Positions 36,738-50,297 of a DNA stretch of 64,000 bases are shown here, in pieces. Within the stretch, counting starts at the first letter, position 1. Every line of letters begins with the position of its first letter. Made by a program: the position numbers and the translations under genes. Below the pieces are notes generated by a model that was not told where the DNA came from, did not search any database, and saw nothing but the letters and a program-made list of their open reading frames with translations. This DNA is from Halocafeteria seosinensis (lineage: Eukaryota): contig LVLI01000084.1 in the NCBI GenBank assembly GCA_001687465.1, positions 248,001 to 312,000 on the forward strand, given 5' to 3'.

Positions 36738-39660
36738 ATGCCTTCTAACGCTATCAAAGTCTTCCTGAGAATACGCCCCACCTCCCGCGTACGTATACTC
36801 TCGTTCCTTCATGTGTGTCGTTTGCTTTGACTTTTGAGCCCGTCGCCGTGTATGTGTATGCAGCATTCGGGATTCTTGGCGTACGATGAACAGGACCGAC
36901 AATTGGTGGAATTTGACATTCCCAAAGAGAAAGCGTCATGGCTAGTCAACAATTCCAAAACGCATTACAAATTCAAGTTTAAAAACATTTTCGGCATGCA
37001 AGCAAAGCAGCCTGAAGTCTTTAATGAAGTCGCACAAGAAGCTGTAGATAGTGCGCTGGATGGATTCAACTCGACCATCTTCGCCTATGGACAGACGGGC
37101 TCCGGGAAAACATTCACGATCACCGGAGGAGCTGAGAAGTACGATGATAGAGGGATTATTCCACGCACTTTACAATACATATTCAGAACAATCAAAGATG
37201 TAAGTTGACCAAACACATTTTCGTTCGTGCGAAACGAGCATACAAAGCAGAGTGGTATTGCTTTACTCTGCCATCGCAGAAAACTGAAGAGCAATACCGA
37301 ATATTTGTATCCTACTTGGAGATCTACAACGAAAACGGATACGACTTGCTGGATCCGAAGCATGACGTTAGCTCGTTGGATGAATTGCCGTACGTAGGAG
37401 TATACTGCGGTTGCCTTTGTTGCTGAGTGTTGGACAATGTTACCGACGCTGCAGGAGGGTTACGATGAGAGAAGATGCAGACGGGAACATTCACCTTCGG
37501 AATCTGTCAATGCACCAGGTAAACTCTGAAGAAGATGCGCTAAATTATCTTTTCTTGGTAAGAGGATGTTCTAGGAGGATATGACGTTATACACCCAAAA
37601 GAAGAAGAAGTAACCTAAATTATGTTGTTGCCAGGGTGATACAAATCGAGCTATATGTGAAACGCCTATGAATCCGGTGTCTTCCCGATCACATTGTATT
37701 TTTACTATATCACTGGAAGCAAGAAACGTAGAAAGCGCGAAAGTTAAGCGCTCGAAGCTCAATCTTGTCGACCTGGCGGGGTCTGAAAGAGTCTCCAAAA
37801 CGAAGACAGGTGGGACAGCACTCAGGGAGGCGGGTTATATCAATAAGTCGCTACATTATCTACAGCAAGTAATTACTGCCTTAGATGTACGTATTATTTC
37901 ACTAGTGAACAATTCGGTAATCGATTTTCTTATGCCATGGCGCTTCTGGTTCAGGAAAAGAAGAAAGCTCCTGATCGGCATATTCCATACCGTAATAGTA
38001 TGATGACAACAGTGCTACGGGACAGTCTCGGCGGTAATTGCAAAACTGCGATGATAGCGACTGTCAGCGCAGAAGCCGAAAATATCGATGAGAGCATAGC
38101 AACGTGCCGATTTGCCAATCAAGTCGCAAACATAAAGAATGAAGCGTACGTGAATGAGGAAACTGACCCAGCTGTTATGGTGCATCAGCTCAAGGACAAA
38201 CTTGCACAAAAAGATGCTGAAATAGAATTCCTCAAAGGAGAAGTGGGAGAAGAAAAGGAGCTTACTGAAGAAGAAATACAAGATTTACGGAAGCGCATCA
38301 GGTCTTGGATGTGGAGTGGTAAAGGAATCCCTCAAGACCTCAAAATTGGGAAATGGACGAGCACACGTATATATGCGACATTTGCGTTAATGCGAGAGGA
38401 AGCACAAAATCAGCTGCACGCTGCTCAGAAAGGAGCACCTTCAGCGGTGATGTCTGAAGAGGAAGGAAAGAGTGAAGGAAAGGATGAGGCAGAGTTTGCC
38501 GATGAACTTAAGGCCGAGAAAAAACGATTGCAAGAGGAGGTAGCCACTCTCAACGAACAGCTACAGCGTCGGGACCACGAAATCGCTATTTTGGTCAATA
38601 TGGTAAAGCAAGGGAAGGGATCAGGCTCTGGTGCTGCTACCAACAAGAGTCACATAGAACATCAGCAACACACGCACAACCGAAGCATTACTTCGACGGG
38701 TTCAGTGTCCGCTGCGTCAGAACCCTATTCCCAGGTAACCTCTGACAGAGGTTCTCGACGGAGCAAGCAATCGTCGTCCGCTTCAAGTCTTCCGCAGCTG
38801 CCTGACGGGAGTAGTGTCTCAATAAGTTTGATACGCGATAGGTACGTTGCGTCGGCGCGGCGCATGTGTGGTGTTTGTCTAAGCTGGAGCATTGATAATC
38901 GGCTTCTATTGCAGAGAGGCTGCACGGGACGCATTTATGAATGCCCACCCTAAAGCAGCGGCGTTGGAGGAACACAAAGCCGCTCTAAAAGAGAAGTATC
39001 GTGAAGCGAAATCGACGGGGGCCAAAGTCAACGAGGCCCGTTCCACGATCGGCCATTTGAAGAGCCAAATCGAGTCCCGACGAGTTCAGAATGCAATGCA
39101 TACAATATCAGAAGGAAAATCAGACGTACGGACTGTCATGTTCACTGTGGTTTGCTTCATATTGTGATAACCCCTGCGAATTGCGTTGTAACGCAGGAAT
39201 CCAAAGAAGACGCGCACGAGGAAGACCCTGAGGAATCCCGGATGAAGTCAGAAATTGAGGAACAGAAAAAGATATACAAGGAATCATTTGATAAATTAAA
39301 GAACCTGAAAACTGAGATAGAGTACACGCAGAAGGTACGTGAACGGCTGCAACGTTCTAGCTTGCGCCTTGAGCGTTCTCACTTGTTGAATTTATTGTTC
39401 CCACACAGCTTCTGGAAAATGGGAAACTAAGATTAGGCCAAGAGTTTGAACGGTGGTATGCTGCTTGCAGTCAAGTTCTAGACGATCTGGACCAAACAGG
39501 CGTGTCAGAAGTCCAGTCAGTTAGTACTTCGGAACCCTCTATCCAAGACGGCACGACCGAATCAGAGCTTCCCCCAGGTGTCAAGCTTACTGGGAATCCG
39601 GATGCTGACAAAGATATTATTGAGTTTTATCGCACAAAATATCGGATGACTTCGAAATAA
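36738..39660 (+). CDS. KIF6: Kinesin-9 family motor, KIF6-like
   Basis: IKVFLRIRP, FAYGQTGSGKTFTITGG, SYLEIYNE, SSRSHCIF, LVDLAGSERV, HIPYRNSMMT and the KIF6-type C-terminus LTGNPDADKDIIEFY. Confidence 0.9.
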
Positions 39661-39680
39661 AACGATTTTGAATTCTGCGA

Positions 39681-41843
39681 TCACCTATTCTTCAGCCACT
39701 TGTCTAGATTCCGTGGATAGTGTTCTGACACAATTTCAATTCCGTCATCGGAATCGCTTTGTTCTCTGTTATTATCATTTTCCTCATCCTCGTTATAATG
39801 TAGTTGTTTCGCTGTTTCTGTGTTTTCTTCAGCTGTGATGTCTTCCAGAACTGGTCTTACTTCCATGTGCGGTGATTTACTCTTGAAAGGATTTTGCTCG
39901 TTGTCAGCAAATGAGGAAGGCTCGGAACCTGAAACGCTTCCGTTGTTGGAGGTGAGACACCTCTCGATACGTGCACCCTCTTTGTTCCCACCGTATTTCT
40001 GACCTGTTGGCGTAATTGCCATAGTGGCCTCTAAATAGTCACTCTTTGAATGGGGAATGGCAAAAACTGTCTTTTCCTCACGTGGCGCACCGTTGGCAAC
40101 AATGCGACTGCGCTTCGTCGCAGTGTTGGCAGAGCCTGTGAGAGCAGATCGTCTCCGCTTTTGAGGCTGCTCTGGGGCAGACCCGTGCATAGATACAGGA
40201 TTTGTGGCTGCCGACGACGCAGTACTACAGTTCCGCGCATCTTCCTCTCGGGGAGCCTCGTCTTGGTAGAATGGGGCCTCGTCGTTGTAACAAGTTGGCT
40301 CTATCCCCAGTTCGTTAAGTTGATTTCGCAGAGATTTGATTTGCTTATTTTTGAAGCTCAATTTTTCTTTTAAGTCTGTAATGATGGAGTGGTAAAATTT
40401 CTTCTTGTCGACAGCTTTCTGCTCCGCGTCCTCTGCTCTAGACGCTGTTTCACGAGCTTTTCGCACTTGCTTTCTTGCTTGAGAAACCTCGCTGCGGGCA
40501 ACAGACAGAAATATATGCACGAACGCGTACTAAAACGTCAACACAACTTACTCAGTCCGTTCTTTCAATAGGGTATGCTGACTCTTGCAAAGGCGAAACA
40601 ACCTATCAACTTTTTTGTGAGGGTCTAAGTTATTGCTAGAAGTTTGCAAATCTTCCAGAGTTCTCGGAAGGTCTAGATCTTCAGAGCTGCGCCCGATTGA
40701 AAACATGTTACAGCATACATGAATTGTTGGGATCATACCCAAAGACATAGCTTACTACTTCTGTATGCTCCCTCGTGATTTCCATTCTGAAACTTCATGT
40801 TTTAACTTTTTAACCTGTCTTTGCAGCTTTACTATTTCTTCTTCTTTCTTATGCAAGCGAACATCGTTTGACGTGCATTTTCTATCTAGGTGTTTGTTTT
40901 CTTCCTCCAGTTTCTTTTTCTCGTTCTGCAACCAAGTCTTTCGGAAACATAAGAGAGCGCTAGATTCCACTTCTGGTGGCTGCTGTGTACTTACAAATTC
41001 CTCATCCAGCATCGTACGCAACGCGTCTCTTTCATCAACGGCATTACTAAGATCGTGGCGAAGGTTCTTGAGAGTTACTTTGAGTTGTTCGAAATCAGCC
41101 TTGGAAACTTGGTCTTCTTCCTGTATGCTCCTTCCAACAGAGTCGTAAGGTAATGCGACATAAACATTGATCCATCTGATGACTTACGCTCGAGAAATGG
41201 TCAACGTATTGGCATGAATTGCTGACTTGTTGGCTCCCACTACCGCCGTTGCTTGTACTCGCGTTATCAACATGAGTAGCATACAATTTAATAACAGGAA
41301 AGTTTTTATTTTTCTTCCTGAAATCATGAGGGACGGATTTGCACATGGGGCAGGACAGTTTTATTTTGAGCCAACTTTGAATACTGCAGCAATACCATTT
41401 GGAGATACATAAATTGAATAAAATTTTCAGCACAGGAAGCAGACTTACCAATCATCATGGAAAATATGTCCACATAATAATGCACAAGCATCTTCCTGAA
41501 CATCCACTTTTTCGAAACAAATACAACAGCAAAGCGACTGCTGCTGCTGCTGTTGCTGAGGCTGAGGAGCCGTATACGAAGCTCTACTAGTGCTACTACT
41601 GGAGGCAGACGTCGTAGTATTGGCCTGAGAGGTCCTTGCTGTTGACTGCTGGTTGACCGTATTTCCATTTGAATTCCACCCGGACGCGCTTCCTGAGGAA
41701 GAGGAGGCCGACGCCGCCGATTCTAGCACTTGCACATCATCATCATCCTCATCCTCATCATACACGAGGGATAAATCGTATGACCTCCCGAACAAGGTAT
41801 CAAGAAAGCGGTCATTCCCAGGGGAGGGAGATGAAGCCGCCAT
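39681..41843 (-). CDS. RING-H2 E3 ligase with coiled coil (TRAIP-like architecture)
   Basis: CCICFEKVDVQEDACALLCGHIFHDDCIQSWLKIKLSCPMC across an intron, followed by coiled-coil exons. Confidence 0.8.
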
Positions 41844-42019
41844 GGGCCTTGCTAACTAACGGCTTCCAAGTGTAATAATAGTGCACACACGATACCCAGA
41901 CAGTAATTTTCTTTTTCTTTTTGTTAATTCGCATCAGTGGGTCATACACATGGAATAGAAGTGGACTGAAACGATCCCTGCCGGAGACGTATACTACGTT
42001 TTAACTAAGGAGCCTTGGT

Positions 42020-42260
42020 CTGCTTGGAATTCAACATCACATGCTGATTCACATCTCTGGTCGACGTAAGCAAAATAAACTTGCAGAGTCCAGTTTGGGT
42101 CTTCCTTTGGGAGCATCCGGACCTACGATAGACAAGAAGCAGCACATCCGCTGCACATTGGTTGATAACAAGTGTGCATGATTCACAGCTCAGGCACTCT
42201 GAAGAGTGGAAGTCTGGCCGAAGGTCCGTGACCGAAGTACGAATAGTCTGTGCGAGCATC
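42020..42260 (+). mobile_element. Decayed RLE retrotransposon fragment, knuckle region
   Basis: SSLGLPLG (42092-42112)...KQHIRCTL (42140-42157), frameshift, VHDSQLR...GRRSVTEV; resembles LGLP/H..C/RHD/G..V..E. Confidence 0.4.
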
Positions 42261-42340
42261 GCAGCAGTACGTAAATAAAAAGAGATGTGGACGGCATGGG
42301 TATATTTCTATTTTAGATCCCGTGTAATACGACTGGCACT

Positions 42341-45300
42341 TCAGTCAGAACTAGTCGGAGGAGCAACAGCACCCGCTGGCATGTTAAGCTGAGACATTAA
42401 TTCTTGCGTCTTATCGTACACGAATTTTCCCATTTCTTCAACACCAGAAATATGCTGGACATCTTTCTCCTGGACCGAATCGCCGACTTGCCTTTTCTCA
42501 GCAGGGTGCTTTTCTCCGGGAACAAGCGATAAGACAGACGGACGTTGGTTAAAATACTTGAATACTGGTGACAACTCTACGCAGCTACTGAAGACATTCT
42601 TCCTACAAAAGACGTACAGGCCTAGTCTAGCGCGAGACAAGGCCACAACAAGTCGCCTCACGTCTCGAATATGCCCCACATTCTTTGTTCTCACCAGTGA
42701 CAACAAAACATAATCATTTTGCTGCCCTTGGAACTTGTCCACTGTGCTGATGTTGGAGGGCATTCCGAACCAGGGATATGGTTTACACCGTGTAACAGCA
42801 ACGTCGTGTAATAAGTTCTTCTGACCGTTGTAAGTTGTCAGCAACGTTATTTTCTCACTAGGGTATCCCAAAAGCCGCATATACTGGTACAGTGCAATTA
42901 CGTATTCCGCCTCTCCTAAGTTTTGATAGAAGTATGGTGACGGCTGAATTTCCCCTTGGCCATTGAAATCAGGGACGTCGATCAGTTGATATTCATACTC
43001 GAGGCCCGCATTTGCCCTGCGATACTCTGGTTGTTTCAATACATTTTCCATATCACCCAAGTTCGAGTATCGCCACCTATACAATTCAGCAATGCTTGGC
43101 CGACATCGCGCTTGCTGATTCAACTGTACAAACGGACTTCCTAGGCGAATAAACCGGGTGAATAGGGACTGATCCAGTTTTCCATATTTCTGAAACGCCA
43201 TATTTTTGACAACCGGAGGAAGTTGGTGGTGGTCTCCGATGAGCATAACACGTTTCAACCGGCAGCCTTCTGCTTGGTCGATTTGCTGAAGAAGCATCGG
43301 TATGAACGTTTCTACTTCTAACACTTGAGCAGCTTCCTCCATGATTATGTTGTCATACTTGAAATTGAGATCGACCAACTGCTGCCTGTTTAACGCCGCG
43401 TGAGTGCAAGTCATCGCGACTATCTTGGCTTGGTTCGTCAGCAAATAATCACTCCGAAGTCGGTGTGTCCGAAGCAGTTCGAATGCTCGATAGTCTCTCA
43501 GCTCAGTAAAGATTTGATCAACGTGCTTAAAGCACGCAACTGCCGCTTCCACACTTTCTTCAAAAGTGCCTTGTTTCAAATAGTTTTCTAACCCACCGGG
43601 GACATTTGCGAAGAACGAACGGAAAGGAAATTCATCATAAAGGGCTTGGATTTTATTATTTTCCGCTTGATTCCAGTTACGTATTTTCTCTACCCGCGAA
43701 TTAAATACTTCCATTGCGGAGATGATATACTCGTGGTAAAAGTTCTCCGCAGTTTGGCAAGTCGACCCAACGTCTGCTACAACTTGTATACATTTCCCCA
43801 GCCTTTGCACCTCGTTCAAGAGCTCAAGACGCCTTTCCAAGGTGTCATTCACTCGCCCCCATTTGGAAAAGTCTTTCGAAGTAGACAGCTGAAGATCTCG
43901 TTCCCCCATGCCCAAGCGTAGCATGTGTCGTTCATGTATATCCTTCTGTGCTAATTTCTCAAACAAATCGTTTAACGCATGATTGCTGTGAGTGACAAGG
44001 AGTGTTCGCTGATTCGGGAAATTGTGATATATATTGCTAATTGTTTGCACAGCGACATCAGTCTTGCCCGTGCCTGGCGGCCCCACTACCATCGTCAGTC
44101 CAGGATTTATACCACTTCGTATAGCTTCCATCTGGACGTTGGTAAACGGTACAGTATTGACATTCGGCTGATCCTCCGGATAGGGGCCACACTTATCCGA
44201 ATGATACGATGACACCGAAGCTGCTTCTATCTCCAAGGGCTTGTCCTTACGAGTATCCGGATCATTCAGGGTCTTTTGCACATCTTCGATGCTTACTGGA
44301 ACCGATTTAAACTTAACCCTAAAAGGGAGCTGCATGGATTGACCTGAACTAAATTCGAGCTTCCGCACAAGATCAAAAGGCAGGGAACGGCTAGGGTTCG
44401 CCCTTCGCCAACGTGCAATCTCTTGCCATAGAACGGGCGAAACCACCGGCAGAGATTCTTCGCTAATGCTCGCAAGACTCTGCTCCGCGTGATTCTTTGA
44501 AACTAGCGTATCCTTCAGATCAATTTCCTCCAGTTGACCAGGCAGATTCTTAAAACTAGCAGCGGCCGGGTCACCGTACCCAAGAAAGACGTCGTATAAC
44601 CAGGAGGGTATAGCCTTTCCTACAGAAGCCATATTCATTACCTGCCGAATGGTCTCCAGTATAGACTTGAAATTGTTTTCTTTTGAGGATCGCCGAAGCA
44701 AAACATTGAATGTTTGGTAAACATCTTCGCCTTCCTGCTGTCCTGGCCAAAGTCCATCACCAACTTTTTCCTCCGTCTTCCCAATACCAACCAGCCCCGC
44801 AGAAGAAACATCGCTACTCTGAGATTTGCTTTGTGACTGAAGGACATCAAAATGATATTGGTTCGGGTCTAACTTTACCTGCAATGTCCTTTTATGGCCT
44901 TTTGGAGGTATCGTACCCTGAATCCCTTTGGCTAAAGCCGCAGCAGGATCATTCAGTAGATTCTTTTGCTCATCGTAATGTCGAACGATTTCGCATCCAC
45001 GAACATACACAACACCGTACTTGAAAGGAAAAGCCACTTCCTCTTCATCTTGTTTAGGATGCTCTCCAGGTTGTCCACCATTTTGACTCTCACGAGCCCG
45101 TTTATTACCGGATCTGTAATCATCATCAAGACCATTACCGTTTGTAGATACACCAGCAATATTGGTGGAACCTCCGCCGACTGTCTCAGAAGGGGCCCGA
45201 ATAGTCACCAAGAAGCAAACATCATGTTCCCGCAGGTCATCCCATTCTTTCTTGATCCAATCCGCATGGCGGCTCAAATCGTACTTCACCTCCGCGGTGA

Positions 45301-47508
45301 CAGCGGCAGGGGCTTCGTGACCTACTCGAGGCTGCGAAACACTAGTAACACTAAAGTCCTCTATATTCAATGCCATGCGCGACCATCCAGTGAACCGAGT
45401 GACAATCTCAGGGGTGCCATCAGCGGCGTAATCTGCATACAGGGATACGAGAGTAGATATACTGGCTGACAAGTTGTCACGAATCACAACCACCCTACCC
45501 ACTTACCAATGGTTCGCTTGGGTCCTAATCGCTTAACCGAATCGATGATATCTTCTCTGATTTCATATGCCGCTTCCAGACGATACAAGTTGAAACTCCG
45601 CAACAAATAATCATCTATTGTCAAAAACTGTAGATTCAGCTTCGGCAATGCGAGAACAGAGTTTCCATAATATTTTCCAAAAGGAACTAAATATCTATCC
45701 CACAAGAGTTTCTCATTAGGAAACAACGGAAGCTTGTTTACTTGTTCCAGTGCACTTGGACGCATCTTGTGATGCTCCGCCAACAGCTTCAGCACTGACT
45801 CACGATCCGTTTCCAAACGAACAAAGTGGTGAAGCTTTATTCCGGCGTCGGATGTACCCTTTCCGGTGTCCACTGAACCATTCTGTAAAGTCGAACAGTC
45901 GCCAGGCAGTAGTTGCAGTCTCTTGGAGACGTCCAGTAATTCACTTTCGTCCAACTTTTTAAGGTGCTCTTTCAGAGAGTCTGCTTTCGCAATGTTACCA
46001 ACCGCAGACAGGGCAAACTCTTTCAGCTTTTTCGGGTAAAAAGAATAGGCAACACGCTGTAGCAGTTGCAGTTTTTCATATTGAATAGACAGTATATCCT
46101 CCCTGGACAGTGCCTCCCCTGTGTGTTCATCAACTTCGAACCCTTGGAAAAATTCAAGTATATCCACCAATTGCCCAAAAAGTTTACTGTCGGTTTCCAA
46201 ATGATTCCAGGCACAATCATGCACTCTCAGCCGCAGATTTGAGGCCAGCACAACCAACCTAAAGAATCTCCTAGTGGGGATTTGCGATAGAAGATCTATG
46301 AAAAATTCCAGAGATCGCTCCATGTAATTGCGAACGCTCACAGAGAACTCCTTTGACAACGCTCCAGGGTCAACCTCTTGAGCCGTCTGTATAAACGTGG
46401 CTACCAGTTGGGGGAGGAATACAGGTTCGTACGACCGTATAAACTGTGTAAGACTCTTCGAATCAGTAGGAATCTCCGCTGGTTGGCTGATCTCTTGCTC
46501 TCGCAACTGAGAACAATTATTCACCATTTCCTGCGTTTCCGAGCTCAGCTCAACTGGGTTGGTCGTTGTGCCTTTCCCCGGACGCTTGCCTCTACTTCGT
46601 TTTTGCTTCTTGCTTGGAGTACCCTCAGCTCCATATGGATTAGTAGAAACCTTCTGAGGACTGAGTAAAGTCGCAGGTTCAATTTTCTGTGCCTTAGACC
46701 ACATGCGAGAGAGTTGAGGGTACTTTCGTAGTTGAACTTCCACCAGCCCATCGTGAATGCTTCGCCACATGCCAATAGACACAAGGCGCAAGGACATCTG
46801 CGGGCATCCGACTATGTCATGAACAGATGTTTTCAAATGCATTGCGCTTTACTTACTGTGCGTAGGGTTGGATTCTCAAGACTTTGAAACACCAAAACCA
46901 GGAAATGAGTATAAGCTTCCCATTCCGTCGGGTTCATTGCGTGAGTATAGGGAACTGTTAACAACTTCGCAAAGAATCGACGGAATTCGAGTTCTCGCTG
47001 TTCGAAAGTTGCCCACGTTTCTATATTTTGGCGGTTTTTCTCAATGACAATCTGCGCACAACACAAGATATCATCACCACTTTCCTTCTGAGTAATATCC
47101 ATCTTCACATACTAAAAGAATCAGCATCATTTGGGCAAAACTCGCTTTATTGGCGTCAAAATTTGGCCAAATGTACCGCTCCAGGAAGCCTGTGAATTCC
47201 AAGACCTTCAATCTATCCTGGTCGATTCTGTTTTCGTGAGCCTTTAAATGACCGTAATAGATCGCATCCACCATATCATCGTCGATTTCTGCAGCTTGCT
47301 GCTCCTCTGGAGACTGTTCGTTCTTTTTCGGGGACTTTTTCTTCCCCTTACTCCCTCCCTTCTTCTTGCTAGGCGTGGCCGATGGACCCTGCGAAGCGTC
47401 TTGGGCTTCTGCGGTGGCATTATCGGATGCTGGGGGCCAATATTGCTGTGCAAGCTGCACCAGAGGGTCATCCGGCGAGGAAGTGGACAGAGGTCCTAGA
47501 GGGTCCAT
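42341..47508 (-). CDS. AQR: RNA helicase Aquarius (intron-binding protein IBP160)
   Basis: LEFTGFLERYIWPNF, LALPKLNLQFLTIDDYLLRSFNLYRLE, VVGPPGTGKTDVAVQ, THSNHALN, MEEAAQVLEVETFIP, GDHHQLPPVVKN, TVDKFQGQQND; three GT-AG introns. Confidence 0.97.
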
Positions 47509-47599
47509 TTTACTCGTTCCAAGATCCAAAGCTAAACTGCTAGTGGTAAAAAATGTCTGTTAGCCACTCAACAGACAACGCATGGAAATTTGTACTGTG

Positions 47600-47880
47600 G
47601 TCCAGAATCATGGCGTATATAGAGGAACCTTGTGTCCCACCTTTTTTGTCCCCTTTACTGCCCCCTTGAGGCTAACCGCGCAAACTTTGCTTCAGCTTGA
47701 GTTTGGTATTCCAATTTGGAATTTCCAAATCTGTATCTAACGCTTTGGCAAAATGACAGTCAAAGGCAGTACGCACTCCCATTATGTTGATCACGTTATT
47801 TGACAAAATGTTCAGGAGAAACCACTTAGATAAGGACATAACATTTCTAAGCATCAGCTGGTGAAGAAACAGTTGTATTG
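47600..47880 (+). mobile_element. Decayed RLE-type non-LTR retrotransposon fragment, knuckle region
   Basis: FFVPFTAPLRLTAQTLLQLEFGIPIW (47642-47719)...DHVI (47790)...KCSGETT*IR (alternate frame)...GHNISKHQL (47834-47860). Confidence 0.6.
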
Positions 47881-47922
47881 ACTAGTATCTTCAGGTGTGA
47901 TCATTGTGGGTTGGCCTCCTAC

Positions 47923-49112
47923 TTATTGACCCCCTGCTGCAGCACCAGATGAGGTACCTGCTCGTCGAGCCTGTTCTTCCTCCTGCTTTTCGCGCTCCAC
48001 TTCATCGACGTATGATTGAATACTATCGACGGACAACATGTCACAGGGTTCGTTACGCCGACGTACAGCAATTTCCATGCTTTTCCCTCCACTCTCAACG
48101 ATTTCTAGAAGAGTGCGTACAGCTAACTTTACAGCTCCTCGTTCATCAAGATCATCCTGGTGATGCTTTTCCAAGAACTCTTTCAAGCTTGAAGAATTTC
48201 TTCCTATTGCGTGCGCTTTCCATTCACTGTATGTTCCACTCGGGTCAGTAGAGAATAATTTCGGAGACCCATCATAGCTGAAGCCTGTAAGGATGGTTGA
48301 GATCCCGAAGGGACGCACACCACCGCGTTGAGTATATCTTTGCTGGATCTGAGCTATCTGCCTCGCTACATATTCTATAGGAGCCATTTCATCCATTGAC
48401 AACTTATAGCTCAAGCACTCCACACGCGACTGTGGTCATGGAATCGAAGCTAGGTTATAAGAGCAAGCGCGGAGAGTAGGCCATGAACCCTTACTTTATC
48501 TACAAGTGTCCTTGCATCGGCGTTGAGCCCAGCGAAAGCTAGTGTCAAATGATCATCTAATGCGAAAACCTTATCCAGAGTTCTCGGATCCTGTAATTGG
48601 AAGTTGATTGAGTCTACAGCATCTAGTCATCCCACCCAAGCGCAGCATTCACTTACTTGTAATTTGGGTACTGTTCGTCGCTCTACAGCCGTAGCAACGA
48701 CATCTTTACCGCATACTCCAACCACAGCAGTCCCCTGTACCACCAAAGAGGGCTTGCATGGTGCATACTCAACCTTCACATCCCCAAGAAACATGGTTGT
48801 CTTGCTCAGGGGACGGCATAGGGGCAACACAGACCCTATGCTTTTTGTTGCCACCCCAAGGGCTAGAGTTCACCCATGCTAGACATACCTTGTTGACTGC
48901 TTCCATAGCGTATTCTACCTGTAGTAGATGCCCATCTGGGCTAAACACCGTTAGAGAACGATCGTAGCTGCATATACACACAAACAAAAAGCATAAGGGG
49001 ATGATCATAGGTCTCTTTCCTCTTTATACGCCAGCCATCCTATATCCTGGCTCTGTATTTGCAGAGAGTGCACAGCTGATTGCTGAACAATTAGTTCCAC
49101 TTACGATGGCAT
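47923..49112 (-). CDS. PSMA7: 20S proteasome subunit alpha type-7 (alpha4)
   Basis: [73 protein letters not shown]. The 8-nt first exon is at 49112-49105. Confidence 0.95.
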
Positions 49113-49119
49113 TTTTATC

Positions 49120-50100
49120 GAACGGGTGTTAGAGGGCTCGATGAATTAGATACCAAGTTGTACTTGGGAACTTCCAAACCTCGCTGTGAGAAGAAACGGT
49201 ATGCTGAGTAGTTGCTATGGAGACTACACAAGACTTCTAATAATTGTTCATGCAAAACAGACAATGTACAATTCATGGGTCTGCGGTGAGTACGCCAGAC
49301 ACTATTCTTAAAGTTGGAGTTGTTGAAGGTCGCATCAAAGATTGTATGCATGATGCTTCACGAATTCAGTCTGAATTAGTCTTAAAAAATGCGGCACTTG
49401 TTTTATAGTCTTCTGCCCCATTTCTGTGCATTGAATACATGTATGTTTAAGGAGAATACTTTCTACGGAACGATTTATAGTGACACTCACTTTGTGTATG
49501 GTATGGTGTTGTAGAAAAACAACGTCTCACATCCTACAATTGTAGCATCCTACACTCTGGACTAGTGGCAGTCAAACCAAGAAAGTTGTAGCATTCTTCA
49601 TGGGTTGAGAGGGCCCTGTTAGTCCGTTGAATGAAGGGGGAGCGGTTCCCTCTTCGACCACAATCGAGTAACTCTTCCCTCTGAAGCATTATTTGTGCTA
49701 CGCCAAGAGAACTTCCTCTGCTTCACTTTGGTGCATAGTATAGCACTCTGTCACCAACTCCCTTCTAAACAATATACTGCACCTGGAGGCGTACGAATTC
49801 TACAGCTTTGATAGTCCGCGGAGCGAAGCACAACACAAGATCTCGTGCTGCTGGCAGGCAGCAGTGAGACTAAGAGATTCTGTTGCCCCAAACGAGGGAG
49901 ACAGCATCTTGTTCAACCCTTCTCATTGTCCCCTCTGTACATCACTTCGTAGACTTCCGACTGTGTGTTGTACCCCTCCTCAATGATGGACAAATTGAAG
50001 CCACTGGACATGTGTCACATGGAGACCCATGATGAAGTTCGAAGAGGCACCTTCACAAGGCCGCCGCACCCGGATCTCAGTGCACTGTCTCTTCCTTACA
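49120..50100 (-). mobile_element. Long decayed RLE-type non-LTR retrotransposon fragment
   Basis: About 1 kb of coding-like minus-strand sequence with scattered stops: LRSADYQSCRIR, VGDRVLY/AILCTK, WSKREP (49654-49643), *DATIVG (49549-49532), WRTHRRPMNCTL. Confidence 0.45.
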
Positions 50101-50297
50101 CTCGCAGCGACATTCACTGAATCCTATATCGGTTCGGAAGTTTGTCTTGAAAGAGTGCTCCTTGTTTGGCCGACCATAGTTCTGTACGTTGTTCTCCGTG
50201 GGCTTCGTTTTCCTGGTCTTTTCCGGGGAACGACCTCGCACAACGGAAAAACAAAAGAGACGAGTTGGTGTCGCTTGAGCACCAGACCGGGAGCAGT

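Noticed and set aside
48735..48888. TPP riboswitch in the PSMA7 intron (ggggtg...ctgag)
   Set aside because: Lacks the CUGAGA, ACCUGAU and AGGGA conserved elements, and the host gene is unrelated to thiamine.
48968..49040. Apparent non-canonical first intron of PSMA7 (ATGGCTGGC start)
   Set aside because: Resolved by an upstream 8-nt exon ATGCCATC followed by a canonical gtaagt donor at 49104.
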